Below, in pieces: positions 27,656 through 37,436 of a stretch of DNA of 64,000 nucleotides. The stretch is from Candidatus Sungiibacteriota bacterium (GTDB lineage Bacteria; Patescibacteriota; Minisyncoccia; Sungbacterales; HO2-52-23). The notes under the pieces are model-generated. The model did no database searches. It was not told the DNA's origin and saw nothing but the letters and a program-made list of their open reading frames with translations. Every line of letters begins with the position of its first letter. Positions within the stretch are counted from its first letter, which is position 1. The stretch covers positions 850,724-914,723 of the forward strand of contig CP066690.1 of NCBI GenBank assembly GCA_016432465.1. The letters run 5' to 3'. Made by a program: the position numbers and the translations under genes.

Positions 27656-27880
27656 ATGTGGCCTAATCAGAATCATCCGGAACGCAAGGACGACGAAGTA
27701 TTTTTGAGCAATATGGCATATCACGACTTTTTGAAGATACGCTGGCAAACTAAGAGATGCGGTCAATATCCTTATGCAAACGGCAAGCCGGTGAACGTCC
27801 CTGGTTTTTCTCCTGTTTTTGTAAAGAAATCAGAAATTCAAGAGTTTGGTCTTGAGCTTCCAAAAGTAGAGGAGGCATGA
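27656..27880 (+). CDS. Hypothetical small protein, first of an overlapping pair
   Basis: Promoter-like TTGACA-17-TATGAT upstream at 27598. The stop overlaps the next start (ATGA). Confidence 0.3.
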   Translation: MWPNQNHPERKDDEVFLSNMAYHDFLKIRWQTKRCGQYPYANGKPVNVPGFSPVFVKKSEIQEFGLELPKVEEA

Positions 27881-28113
27881 AGATGGTTACAGATCGTATG
27901 GTTTTTGCAGTAACAGCACAGGCGGGATCAGGAATGGAACTAAACCAGCTTTATGTTGAACTTTCCCAAGCGATCGCGGAGATTCTTCATCGGCATGGTT
28001 ATTATCTTGAAACAGCCGGGCGAAGAGCAGTATTTCAATCCACGCAGGAAAACATTGAGGAGCCGTTAAGCGAAAAAGATTGGCAGTATCTTAATATGAG
28101 GACCATTGTCTGA
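27877..28113 (+). CDS. Hypothetical small protein, second of the pair
   Basis: Translationally coupled to 27656. Confidence 0.3.
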   Translation: MKMVTDRMVFAVTAQAGSGMELNQLYVELSQAIAEILHRHGYYLETAGRRAVFQSTQENIEEPLSEKDWQYLNMRTIV

Positions 28114-28263
28114 TACGCCACAATCTTATTTGTGGATGCACCGCAAACCTTAAGGGGTTCTGCGGTGTTTTTTGTCCGCCGACTTCGGCCAGACCCCCCT
28201 ACCCTTGCATTAAAATTATTTTTGTGCTATTATTATTTTTAGATTAATCAAAGGAGGTGGGTC

Positions 28264-29244
28264 TTGGGTCTTTTACTTTGGACAGCCGTGTTTGTTTTCA
28301 GCGCCGCAGTTCTTATCAAATCAGCGGGCTGGTTTGTGAAAGGGGCAGAAGATATAGGATTGCGTTGGGGTATGCCACCATTTCTTATTGGTGCCACCAT
28401 TGTGGCCGCAGGAACTTCTCTGCCTGAACTTGCCTCGTCGCTAGCAGCGGTTACGAGGGGGGAAACAGGGTTGGTTATGGCCAATGTTGTGGGTTCGAAT
28501 ATCACCAATATCTTTTTGATTCTTGGTGTTGCTGCAATTTCAGCCGGCGGATTAAGGTTGGGATCTGACTTTTCATTATTGGAGTTAACAATGCTGCTGT
28601 TGGGGAACATTCTTCTTGCTGCAATTTCTTGGAATGGGATTGTGGGTACATTGGCGGGATTGTTTCTTCTTGGCAATTTTATCGTCTATATCGTATTTAA
28701 GTTCTTGAGAGAATCACGGTTTTTAGTAGGAGAATCTATGCGAGATATACGTGGACGGGCGAAGTTGGCAGGAGACATGGGTTTACCGCGGCTTTCAACT
28801 TCAAGAAGTGTCGTCTTGTTGAGCATGGGGATTGTTGGTCTTTCTTTGGGCGCGCAGTATGTCATAGAGTCAATCCTTTCACTTTCCCGCCTCCTCCATA
28901 TCCCCGGTACACTTATCGCTATTACCGCTTTGGCTATTGGTACTTCGCTTCCTGAACTTGTGGTGTCGGTAAGCGCTGTTTTAAAGAAAAAGGAAGGAAT
29001 TGCGGTAGGCAATATCATAGGATCCAATATTTTTAACGCTCTCTTTATTGTAGGCCTTTTGGCACCTTTTAAGGACCTACGGGTTGATATGCTAACCAGA
29101 AAAGTCGGGTTGCCGTTCTTGATTTTGTCAGCGGTATTAATAATTTGGCCGTGGTTCAAAGGAGAGATTACCAGACGGTCGGGCATAGTATATCTTCTGA
29201 TCTTCCTGATTTTTCTCACGCTTCTGGCGGGCTCTCTGGGTTAA
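28264..29244 (+). CDS. Ca2+/cation antiporter (CaCA family, YrbG-like)
   Basis: The two alpha-repeats are GTSLPELASSLAAV / GSNITNIFLILG and GTSLPELVVSVSAV / GSNIFNALFIVG. Confidence 0.8.
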   Translation: MGLLLWTAVFVFSAAVLIKSAGWFVKGAEDIGLRWGMPPFLIGATIVAAGTSLPELASSLAAVTRGETGLVMANVVGSNITNIFLILGVAAISAGGLRLGSDFSLLELTMLLLGNILLAAISWNGIVGTLAGLFLLGNFIVYIVFKFLRESRFLVGESMRDIRGRAKLAGDMGLPRLSTSRSVVLLSMGIVGLSLGAQYVIESILSLSRLLHIPGTLIAITALAIGTSLPELVVSVSAVLKKKEGIAVGNIIGSNIFNALFIVGLLAPFKDLRVDMLTRKVGLPFLILSAVLIIWPWFKGEITRRSGIVYLLIFLIFLTLLAGSLG

Positions 29245-29326
29245 TTCGTAAATAGGGGTCGTGCTTCTTTTGGGCACGGCTTTTTGATGATTTGACTCCA
29301 GCCCAGACTCCTTTAAAATACATGCT

Positions 29327-30556
29327 ATGAGCCAATTTGATTGGAAAAAATACATCAAAGTCTATAACGTACTTATCGCGGTCGTGATACTTGGACTGGC
29401 TTTTGGAGGCGGTGTTTATTATGGCTACCAAAATCGGCCGGCGGTTGAGAAGGTATTAAATGTGGTTGGACAAACTCCGCCGCCGCAGTTTCAGGATGTA
29501 GATTTTAACCTTTTTTGGGACGTCTGGTCGCGCCTTGAGGATAAGTTTGTAGATCGGGCAAAGATTAACCGTCAAGATTTAGTTTATGGCGCTATCTCTG
29601 GACTGGTAAAAGCGTTAAAGGATCCGCACAGCGAATTTTTGCCTCCGGCCCAAACCAAACAATTCCAGGAAGATATTAAAGGATCTTTTGACGGCATTGG
29701 AGCAGAAATTGGCATTAGGAAGAGTGTTCTTACTGTTGTTGCGCCCCTTAAAGGAATGCCGGCAGAAAAAGCCGGACTCAGGGCCGCAGACAAGATTTTG
29801 AAAATTGACGACACCCTCACTGCAGACTTGACTTTGGATGAAGCTGTGCGTTTGATTCGCGGCCCCAAGGGCACGGAGGTAAAACTTCTTATTTTGAGGG
29901 ATTCTTTTGAGCAACCTAAAGAGTTTAAAATTACCCGCGACACTATCCGGGTGCAGATTGTTGAGACCGAAAGAAAACCAGACGGGATATTTGTTATTAA
30001 GTTGAATCATTTTACCGAGGGGGCGGCGTTTGAGTTCAGAAAAGCAGTAAAAGAATTTTACGAGACAGATTCTAAAAAGTTAGTTCTGGATCTTCGTAAC
30101 AACCCCGGGGGTTTTCTGGCGGTGTCCATAGACATCGCCAGCTGGTTTGTACCGGCTGGAGAAGTCGTGGCGCGGGAAAGATTTGCCGATGGATCAGAAG
30201 AAATTTATCGCTCTACCGGCTATCGTTTATTTGAGAAGGTGCCGATGGCGGTTTTGGTAAATGAGGGTTCGGCTTCAGCTTCGGAAATTGTAGCCGGGGC
30301 AGTGCGTGATATTCGCGGAGTAAAATTGGTGGGCACTAAAACTTTTGGAAAGGGGTCAGTGCAGGAAATATTATCACTTCCCGGCAAATCTTCTTTAAAA
30401 ATCACTATTGCTAAGTGGTTGACACCAAAAGGCGAGGAAATAAACGGTACGGGGCTGGAGCCTGATATCAAGGTGGAGCTGCCCAAGGATCGGGAGTTGA
30501 AAGAAGGCGAGGATCCGATAATGGAGAAGGGGATTGAGGTATTGAAAGGGTTATAA
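29327..30556 (+). CDS. C-terminal processing peptidase (S41, Ctp/Prc)
   Basis: PDZ region plus the S41 catalytic block LVNEGSASASEIVAGAV ... TFGKGSVQ. Confidence 0.85.
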   Translation: MSQFDWKKYIKVYNVLIAVVILGLAFGGGVYYGYQNRPAVEKVLNVVGQTPPPQFQDVDFNLFWDVWSRLEDKFVDRAKINRQDLVYGAISGLVKALKDPHSEFLPPAQTKQFQEDIKGSFDGIGAEIGIRKSVLTVVAPLKGMPAEKAGLRAADKILKIDDTLTADLTLDEAVRLIRGPKGTEVKLLILRDSFEQPKEFKITRDTIRVQIVETERKPDGIFVIKLNHFTEGAAFEFRKAVKEFYETDSKKLVLDLRNNPGGFLAVSIDIASWFVPAGEVVARERFADGSEEIYRSTGYRLFEKVPMAVLVNEGSASASEIVAGAVRDIRGVKLVGTKTFGKGSVQEILSLPGKSSLKITIAKWLTPKGEEINGTGLEPDIKVELPKDRELKEGEDPIMEKGIEVLKGL

Positions 30557-30586
30557 AAACCAGGTATCGCGTGCGATACCTGATCA

Positions 30587-30718
30587 GTTTATCCCCGCAC
30601 CTTCCCAGAAAACCACGTAGCTTGGGAAGTCAGACTTCCCTTGCTGCGGGGACGAAGGGACGTCATAAAAATCCTTCCTGCGGGATTTAGTGCCTCGTAG
30701 AAGGGTGTGGGGATTTAT
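30587..30718. mobile_element. MITE-like element, copy 3. A variant carrying the internal module AGCTTGGGAAGTCAGACTTCCCTTGCTGC
   Basis: TIRs ATCCCCGCACCTTCCCAG ... GGGTGTGGGGAT. It sits between the Ctp terminator hairpin and the next gene. Confidence 0.75.
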
Positions 30719-31110
30719 TTATCGCTCGGCCTGCAACCACTTTCTTGAAGGAATTCTTTGTATCCTTGGGCAATTCCTTTTGAAATTGCTTCCAGAACTT
30801 TGCTATCCCGTCTGTGATGAGGAGTATCTGGTACTGCCTCCTTCAAAAAGGTTTTTAAACCCTCTGTTAGCCCTCTTTGAATGGTAAAGCTAACAGCTGA
30901 ACCAAACGGCACAGTCCAGTAACGTCCACTGAATGCCTCACTAAACAATCCAGAAAGAGCCTCTCTGGTACCAGCTTCTATCGCTTTCTCAACAGTCTCT
31001 ATAAACCATATACGGTTGTCCCGATCCGCGCTATGGCGAGGAGCTTGATTCAAAAATTCAACAAGTCCCTGTGCTATACCGGCAACGATTTCTTCCCGGG
31101 TTGGTTCCAT
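30715..31110 (-). CDS. Hypothetical protein
   Basis: ORF only. Confidence 0.3.
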   Translation of the reverse strand: MEPTREEIVAGIAQGLVEFLNQAPRHSADRDNRIWFIETVEKAIEAGTREALSGLFSEAFSGRYWTVPFGSAVSFTIQRGLTEGLKTFLKEAVPDTPHHRRDSKVLEAISKGIAQGYKEFLQESGCRPSDK

Positions 31111-31163
31111 AACTCTTCTCCTCCGTAGGATTGAAGCCCGGAGTAATTATAACATAGATTATT

Positions 31164-32138
31164 TTACTCAGCAAGTTTTATTTTTCCCCTGCGTACTTGT
31201 TGTTCAATCCAGAGGGAAATATTTTTATGAGGGAGAAGAGCCGCTGGAATTATAGTGCATTTGCAATCGGCCAAAAATTCTTTGATGGCCACCTCTCTGC
31301 CATCGGATGCAAGTAAATAGGGGACCACAATAACCCCCCTTCCCGCTTTTTGTTCTTGCCGTATGCTGTCTCTGATTTTATCTATTGCCTGATTGCGGAT
31401 AAAATCAGGCGCGTCATCGCGAAAAGTATGGTAGAGCACCTGTAGGTTTTTGAATTTGCTCCGCATTCTTTCGGCGTAGAGCTGAAGATCCTGCAGCCAG
31501 AGTTTATTATCTGTTTCCGAAACAGGGCCATGCGCAAGAAGCACAATACTTATATTTTCTTTATTAGAGATTGAGGCGACACGTTCTTCCAATATTGATG
31601 CAATAAGGGGATGATAGTTGATCGGGCTGGCAATGACATGGGGGACTGAAAATTCTACGCGTCTCACAATATCCATCAGCGGCTCCGTATGATCCGCATG
31701 TTCGGACGGCATTGGGTTTGAATGTTTTTTGCCGTGTTCAATCAGAAGCCCAAAAAGAATATCTGGTTCCTCCCGTATTCCAAGCACATATTCCAGTTGC
31801 CGATAAAGTTCGCTGTGAGAGGAGAGGAAAAGCGGGACCACAACAATTTTATTTACACCCTCTTTTTGAAGCGACACGATTTCTTGTTGGATTACATCAG
31901 GATCAGCCATTCCAAAAACAACCTGGCGTTTGAAATTACCCCGAGCTGCGGAAAGAGCCTTCAGCAACTCTTTATTCCAATTTTGGTTTCCACCATGTGC
32001 AAGCATCAGCACTCCAAGTTTTGGGTCATTGATTTCTTCCTGTGGTTTTACACAACCTGACAGTAAGGTTAGTATAAGTAAAGTAAAAACAAGGAGACCG
32101 CCTATACTACTAGTTGCTGCAATTTTGTATTTGCCCAT
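31164..32138 (-). CDS. Lipoprotein with two tandem CbiX/SirB-like chelatase domains
   Basis: Lipobox LLSGC. GVLMLAHGGNQNW and SIVLLAHGPVSETD resemble the CbiX LLxxHGS signature, once per half. Confidence 0.45.
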   Translation of the reverse strand: MGKYKIAATSSIGGLLVFTLLILTLLSGCVKPQEEINDPKLGVLMLAHGGNQNWNKELLKALSAARGNFKRQVVFGMADPDVIQQEIVSLQKEGVNKIVVVPLFLSSHSELYRQLEYVLGIREEPDILFGLLIEHGKKHSNPMPSEHADHTEPLMDIVRRVEFSVPHVIASPINYHPLIASILEERVASISNKENISIVLLAHGPVSETDNKLWLQDLQLYAERMRSKFKNLQVLYHTFRDDAPDFIRNQAIDKIRDSIRQEQKAGRGVIVVPYLLASDGREVAIKEFLADCKCTIIPAALLPHKNISLWIEQQVRRGKIKLAE

Positions 32139-32175
32139 CGCCCAGCCTTATTTTTAGGTACCATCAAGACTATAC

Positions 32176-32334
32176 AATAAATCCCCCCACCTTCCCAGCG
32201 GGGTATTGGACCCTGCGGGAAGGATTTCTACGGCGCCCATTCATCTCCGCAGTCCAGCCTTCGCAGTGTGAGCTGGCTGCTTCGGCGGAGTGGACCAAGC
32301 TGCGGGGTATTCTCGGAAGGTGGGGGGATAAAAC
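32176..32334. mobile_element. MITE-like element, copy 4, in inverted orientation with a ~50-bp internal insertion
   Basis: AAATCCCCCCACCTTCCCAG ... GGAAGGTGGGGGGATAAAA. Confidence 0.75.
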
Positions 32335-32510
32335 AGGTGAAAATAAAAATCAGAGGTTTGGTTCAGAGAATCTTTTGTTGAGAGTGAGTAAGAAAATTTG
32401 CAAAAATTAGTGGAATGGTGTAGAAAGGGGACTGAATGGTCGAGTGTTAAATAAATTGAAACAGAGTGGAAAGAAGCCAGCGGAGAATTTTCTGTCTTTG
32501 AAATTAAATC

Positions 32511-33086
32511 ATGAAAACCATTATTCTTGCCTCGACGTCTTTGCGCAGAAAAGAGTTTCTGGAAAAATTGGGCCTGAAGTTTAAAGTGGTAGAAAGCGGC
32601 TATAAGGAAAATATGAATTTACCGCTTTCGCCACCAAGTCTGGCAAGATTTTTATCTAAAGAAAAAGCGCGGGCCGTTATTAAAAGATTCCCGCAATCAC
32701 TGGTGATTGCGGCTGATACAGTCGTGGTTTGTCGGGGCCAGATAATAGGCAAGCCGCGGACCAAAAAAGAAGCCGTACGGATGCTGCGACTTTTGAGTGG
32801 AAGGTATAACTTCGTGTTTACCGGATTTACCGTGATAGATGGCGCTAAGCAGAAAACCGTCACACGTGTAGTTAAGACAAAGGTGTATTTTAGGAAACTT
32901 GCTCCCAGCGAAATCAAAGCTTACGTGCGTTCTGGAGAACCGTTTGGCAAGGCGGGCGCGTATGCCATTCAGGGACTGGGCGCCATTTTTATTAAAAAAA
33001 TAGAAGGAGACTACTCTAATGTTGTTGGTCTACCGCTTCATGTCTTATCTGCGGTGCTTAAGAAATTTAACGTTTCAATTTTATGA
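32511..33086 (+). CDS. maf: Maf-like nucleoside triphosphate pyrophosphatase
   Basis: ILASTSLRRKEFL ... GAYAIQG ... GDYSNVVGLP. Confidence 0.85.
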   Translation: MKTIILASTSLRRKEFLEKLGLKFKVVESGYKENMNLPLSPPSLARFLSKEKARAVIKRFPQSLVIAADTVVVCRGQIIGKPRTKKEAVRMLRLLSGRYNFVFTGFTVIDGAKQKTVTRVVKTKVYFRKLAPSEIKAYVRSGEPFGKAGAYAIQGLGAIFIKKIEGDYSNVVGLPLHVLSAVLKKFNVSIL

Positions 33087-33526
33087 AAGTATTGCTTCTA
33101 CAAGATATCACGACTTTGGGTAAAAAAAATGACGTGAAAGACGTGAGCGATGGTTACGCTCGCAATTTTTTATTCCCCAGAAATCTGGCTAAGCCAGCAA
33201 CCGAGGCGGCGCTTAAGAACCTTGTCCAGCAAAAAGTCCGGGAAGAGCACGAAAAATCCGAGGAATATCAGAAATATAAAGCACTTGTGGATAAACTTAA
33301 GTCGCTCACTCTTTCTTTCAGGGTTAGGATAGGAGAGAAAGGAAGAGCGTATGGCTCTGTTACAGCAGTAAAAATTCGTGATGCGTTGAAAAAGCAGGGG
33401 ATTGAAGTTAATAAGGAGTGGGTTTTATTAGAGGAGCCGATTAAAACTGCAGAAGAGAAAGTAGTTAGAATAAAACTTCCGCAAGAGTTCAAAGGAGGGG
33501 TTAAAATAATAGTAGAAGCTGAATAA
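33083..33526 (+). CDS. rplI: 50S ribosomal protein L9
   Basis: MKVLLLQDITTLGKKNDVKDVSDGYARNFLFP. The start overlaps the maf stop. Confidence 0.9.
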   Translation: MKVLLLQDITTLGKKNDVKDVSDGYARNFLFPRNLAKPATEAALKNLVQQKVREEHEKSEEYQKYKALVDKLKSLTLSFRVRIGEKGRAYGSVTAVKIRDALKKQGIEVNKEWVLLEEPIKTAEEKVVRIKLPQEFKGGVKIIVEAE

Positions 33527-33529
33527 AAA

Positions 33530-35185
33530 ATGGCGCGTTATATATTTGTATGCGGCGGGGTAATGTCAGGTATTGGAAAGGGAATAGCGGTTGCCTCTAT
33601 AGGCCGCATTCTCAAAAGCCGTGGTTTTCGCGTCACTGCCGTTAAAATTGATCCTTATTTAAATGTAGATGCCGGCACTATGAACCCCGTAGAACACGGG
33701 GAAGTTTTTGTAACCGAAGACGGCATGGAATGTGATCAGGACATCGGCAATTACGAGCGGTTTCTTGATGAAAATATTTCCCGCGAAAACTATATGACTT
33801 CCGGTTCGGTTTATCAGGCCGTGATTGAACGTGAAAGAAATCTTGAGTACGGAGGCAAATGTGTGCAGGTTGTGCCCCACATTCCGCATGAGGTAATACG
33901 GCGTCTGGAGCGCGCCGCCAAAAAAGCAAGGGCCGATTTTACGGTAATTGAAATCGGCGGAACAGTAGGAGAGTATGAAAACATTCTTTTTTTGGAAGCG
34001 GCGCGGATGATGCACCTTTCGCGGCCCCAAGATGTTCTTTTTGTTTTGGTATCTTACCTTCCGATACCGGCAATGATTGGCGAGATGAAGACCAAGCCCA
34101 CCCAACACGCGGTGCGTGCCATGAATGCCGCAGGAATTCAGCCGGATATTATTATTGCGCGTTCCGTTGTGCCTATGGATGATCCGCGAAAAAAGAAGCT
34201 GGCTGTATTTTGTAACGTAAGTGAGGAGGATATTATTTCCGCGCCCGACGTTAAAGTTATCTATGATGTGCCGGTAAATTTTGAAAAAGACCACCTAGGC
34301 GACAGAATTTTAGACAAATTCAGTCTTAAAGCACGTAGGCGCGACCTTGGTGAATGGAAAAATTTTATTCAACGCACTCACAGATTTAGAAAGCCGGTGC
34401 GAATTGGCATTGTGGGTAAATACTTTGGCACCGGAGTTTTTACTCTTGCCGATTCGTATATTTCGGTGATTGAGGCTATAAAACACGCAAGTTGGAGTTT
34501 AGGATTTGCTCCCGAAATATCTTGGCTTAATGCCGAGACCTATGAAAAAAACCGGCGCGCTCTTAGTGAACTTAAATCCTATGGAGGAATTATTGTGCCG
34601 GGCGGATTTGGAAGCAGGGGAGTGGAGGGCAAGATTAAAACTATAGAGTTTTGTCGTAAAAATAAAATCCCATTTTTGGGACTCTGTTACGGCCTCCAGC
34701 TTGCGGTAATTGAGTTTGCGCGCAACGTCTGCAAACTGCGCGGGGCGCATACCACCGAAGTAAACCCAAAAACCAAATATCCGGTAATCCACACCCTACC
34801 GGAACAATTGGTAAATATTCGCGAAAAAAGAATGGGTGGATCAATGAGGTTGGGTGCCTACACCTGTGAGTTGAAGCCGGGCACAATGGGATTTGACGCA
34901 TATGCAACTAAGTTGATTACGGAGCGGCACCGTCACCGCTACGAGGTAAATAACGACCATCGTGAGATTTTGGAAAAGAGGGGAATGGTATTTTCCGGTA
35001 TTAATCCGGAACGGAATCTGGTTGAAATTATTGAATTGTCCGCCAAAGGCGGATCCGCCTCGGGCGGAAAAAATCACCCCTTTTTTATGGGTACCCAGTT
35101 TCATCCCGAGTTTAAATCCCGGCCCCTGAAACCACACCCGCTGTTTAAGGGGTTTATACGGGCCGCGACAAAAACGAGAGTGTAA
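33530..35185 (+). CDS. pyrG: CTP synthase
   Basis: N-terminal synthetase domain (YIFVCGGVMSGIGKG) and C-terminal GATase domain (GLCYGLQ, HPEF). Confidence 0.95.
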   Translation: MARYIFVCGGVMSGIGKGIAVASIGRILKSRGFRVTAVKIDPYLNVDAGTMNPVEHGEVFVTEDGMECDQDIGNYERFLDENISRENYMTSGSVYQAVIERERNLEYGGKCVQVVPHIPHEVIRRLERAAKKARADFTVIEIGGTVGEYENILFLEAARMMHLSRPQDVLFVLVSYLPIPAMIGEMKTKPTQHAVRAMNAAGIQPDIIIARSVVPMDDPRKKKLAVFCNVSEEDIISAPDVKVIYDVPVNFEKDHLGDRILDKFSLKARRRDLGEWKNFIQRTHRFRKPVRIGIVGKYFGTGVFTLADSYISVIEAIKHASWSLGFAPEISWLNAETYEKNRRALSELKSYGGIIVPGGFGSRGVEGKIKTIEFCRKNKIPFLGLCYGLQLAVIEFARNVCKLRGAHTTEVNPKTKYPVIHTLPEQLVNIREKRMGGSMRLGAYTCELKPGTMGFDAYATKLITERHRHRYEVNNDHREILEKRGMVFSGINPERNLVEIIELSAKGGSASGGKNHPFFMGTQFHPEFKSRPLKPHPLFKGFIRAATKTRV

Positions 35186-35194
35186 GAGCGCTTT

Positions 35195-35473
35195 TTAGGA
35201 TCCGGTTACAGTTACGACCTTGATACGTTTTTGAGACCCGTCAAAGCGGGTTTTTCTTTTTTCCAAGAATTTGACAATTCCTTTCCGGAGTGCAAATAAT
35301 GTATCATCTCCACCTCGTTTTACACCTTCACCCGCATAGAATTTTGTGCCTCTTTGCCGGATTAAAATAGCCCCGGGTTTTACCCGTTCTCCACCGTATT
35401 TTTTAACTCCTAAGTATTTGGGTTGGGAATCGCGGCCAAATTTGCCGGCTCCCGCGGATTTGGTATGTGCCAT
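35195..35473 (-). CDS. rpmA: 50S ribosomal protein L27
   Basis: [29 protein letters not shown]...[10 protein letters not shown]. Confidence 0.9.
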   Translation of the reverse strand: MAHTKSAGAGKFGRDSQPKYLGVKKYGGERVKPGAILIRQRGTKFYAGEGVKRGGDDTLFALRKGIVKFLEKRKTRFDGSQKRIKVVTVTGS

Positions 35474-35586
35474 ATTGGTTTTAAGTTCTAGGTTGTAAGT
35501 TTAAGTTTTAAGTTGGTAGTTAAAGTTTTTACTTGAACATTAAACCTTAAACACAAACTTAGAACTTACAACCCCAAACTAAAAAC

Positions 35587-35979
35587 ATGTTATCAAAGTA
35601 TATTTTAAAAGTCAAGAACTGGGTAGAGGTAAACACGTCCGACCTCTACGTCGCTGCCCTGATTTTTCTCGTGAGCTTGGCGAGCTTCGGTTTGGGCCGC
35701 CTTTCGGTTTTGTGGCCGCAAAAAGAACCCATTACAATAACCAATAACTACGAACCAGTAGTTAGTAAACCGACTGGCGCCGGCGCATCCCAAGGAGTTG
35801 CTTCTACAGGTCTTTCCGTAAAAGGAAAATATGTTGCCTCCAAATCCGGCACCGCTTACCACTACCCGTGGTGTCCCGGAGCATTAAAAATCAAAGAAGA
35901 AAACAAAATTTGGTTTGACACCAAAGAAGAAGCGGAAAAAGCGGGGTATAAGCCGGCAGGAAATTGCGAAGGGCTATGA
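35587..35979 (+). CDS. Membrane-anchored hypothetical protein with a C-terminal Cys/His motif (AYHYPWCPG ... AGYKPAGNC)
   Basis: N-terminal TM helix and a Gly/Ala/Ser linker. The conserved-looking YHxPxC ... GYKPxxxC tail suggests a small metal-binding domain. Confidence 0.4.
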   Translation: MLSKYILKVKNWVEVNTSDLYVAALIFLVSLASFGLGRLSVLWPQKEPITITNNYEPVVSKPTGAGASQGVASTGLSVKGKYVASKSGTAYHYPWCPGALKIKEENKIWFDTKEEAEKAGYKPAGNCEGL

Positions 35980-36041
35980 AAACTTGACAGAAATTGAGAT
36001 TTTTGATATGGGTAAAAATACCCCAAAAAGGAGGGGGTATC

Positions 36042-36257
36042 ATGACTCTGGAGGAACTTAAAAGCGGTCTTCAAGAGATAGTGGAGAAACTGAAAGCAAT
36101 AGGGCAGTTGGTGGGTGGAACACAGGACTTCGAGGGTTTTGAAGAGGAGTTTGAGGAGGGGGTCAGGATTACCGTGACCATCAAAATCGCTCTTTTATTT
36201 GCAGAGTATTTTGGGGTTGACGCAGAAACCTTGGCTAAATTTTTAAACCGGAACTAA
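36042..36257 (+). CDS. Hypothetical acidic small protein
   Basis: AAGGAGGGGG before the ATG. It lies upstream of the kinase-CYTH gene. Confidence 0.3.
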   Translation: MTLEELKSGLQEIVEKLKAIGQLVGGTQDFEGFEEEFEEGVRITVTIKIALLFAEYFGVDAETLAKFLNRN

Positions 36258-36320
36258 CCCTTCCGGTTTTCTAATTTTCATGCTAAGTATAGAGTGGTAC
36301 CTTTATTTTTGGGAGGAAGG

Positions 36321-37436
36321 ATGCAGGATGTAGACACTATAGGTCTGACTGGTGGTCCTTGTGCCGGAAAAACTACAGGTAAAAACTATGTTGCCGAAAA
36401 ACTTTCCGATTACGGCTATGGTGTAATTATAGTGCCGGAAGCCGCCACCGAACTTTTTATGAGCGGAGTAAGAATTCATGGTCCCTCGGGTGTGGGTGTT
36501 TTTAACTTTCAGAAGCAGATAATTGAACGCCAAATAGAGAACGAAAACAGGTATCGCCACTGGGCAGGCCTTTTACCCAGTCCCAAACGTCTTGTGATTT
36601 GTGACCGTGGTGTTATGGATTGTGGGGCTTATATGGATGCTGGAGAATTTGCGGCCTTGGTTGAGAGTATGGGCTGGAATGTTGCCAGGTTTCTGGCGCG
36701 CTATAAGGGTGTTTTCCATCTTGTTACGGCGGCAGACGGCGCCGAGGCTTTTTATACCACCGTCAATAATCCGGCCCGTAGAGAAACTCCGGAAGAGGCC
36801 CGGGTTGCAGACCGTCTGACCCAGGAGGTATGGGTTGGCCACCAGCATTTAAGGGTTGTTGATAATTCTACTGATTTTGAAGGCAAAATGCGTCGGCTCC
36901 TTGCTGCTATTTGCCGCGTCATAGGAATACCGGCACCGCTGGAGATAGAACGACGCTTTTTAGTGGAATCACCCAATATTTCCAATATCATAACCTCCGG
37001 CATCAAAGTTGTAGGTGTTTTTATTGAACAGAGGTACCTCAAGAGCGAAACCGATCTGATACGCCGGATTCGCAAGCGCGGGCAGGAAGGCCATTTTGTC
37101 TATTATCAAACTGAAAAGCGCGAAATTAAGCCCGGTGTTCGTGCCGAAACCGAAAAAGAAATAGGGCCTCTGGAATACTTGCGACTTTCTAGGGAAGCAT
37201 GCGATTCAGCGTTTGACGTAATTGAGAAACGCCGCTACTGTTTTTTGTGGAGAGGCCAGTATTTTGAGCTTGATATTTTTGAAAAACCAAAACGACTAGC
37301 GGGCTTAACCATATTAGAGATTGAGCTAACAGAGGAAAATGATAAAATAGATATTCCCCCTTTCTTGAAGGTAATAACGGAGATAACACAGGATACCAGT
37401 TTTTCTAATAGAGAATTGGCGCGAAGGCCAAGTTAA
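36321..37436 (+). CDS. Fusion protein: P-loop nucleoside/nucleotide kinase-like domain (AAA_28/NadR-RNK-like) plus a C-terminal CYTH (triphosphate tunnel metalloenzyme) domain
   Basis: Walker A GLTGGPCAGKTTG, then VIIVPEAATE and DRGVMDCGAYM. The C-terminal domain starts with the CYTH signature EIERRFLV, with further acidic/basic strands. Confidence 0.6.
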   Translation: MQDVDTIGLTGGPCAGKTTGKNYVAEKLSDYGYGVIIVPEAATELFMSGVRIHGPSGVGVFNFQKQIIERQIENENRYRHWAGLLPSPKRLVICDRGVMDCGAYMDAGEFAALVESMGWNVARFLARYKGVFHLVTAADGAEAFYTTVNNPARRETPEEARVADRLTQEVWVGHQHLRVVDNSTDFEGKMRRLLAAICRVIGIPAPLEIERRFLVESPNISNIITSGIKVVGVFIEQRYLKSETDLIRRIRKRGQEGHFVYYQTEKREIKPGVRAETEKEIGPLEYLRLSREACDSAFDVIEKRRYCFLWRGQYFELDIFEKPKRLAGLTILEIELTEENDKIDIPPFLKVITEITQDTSFSNRELARRPS

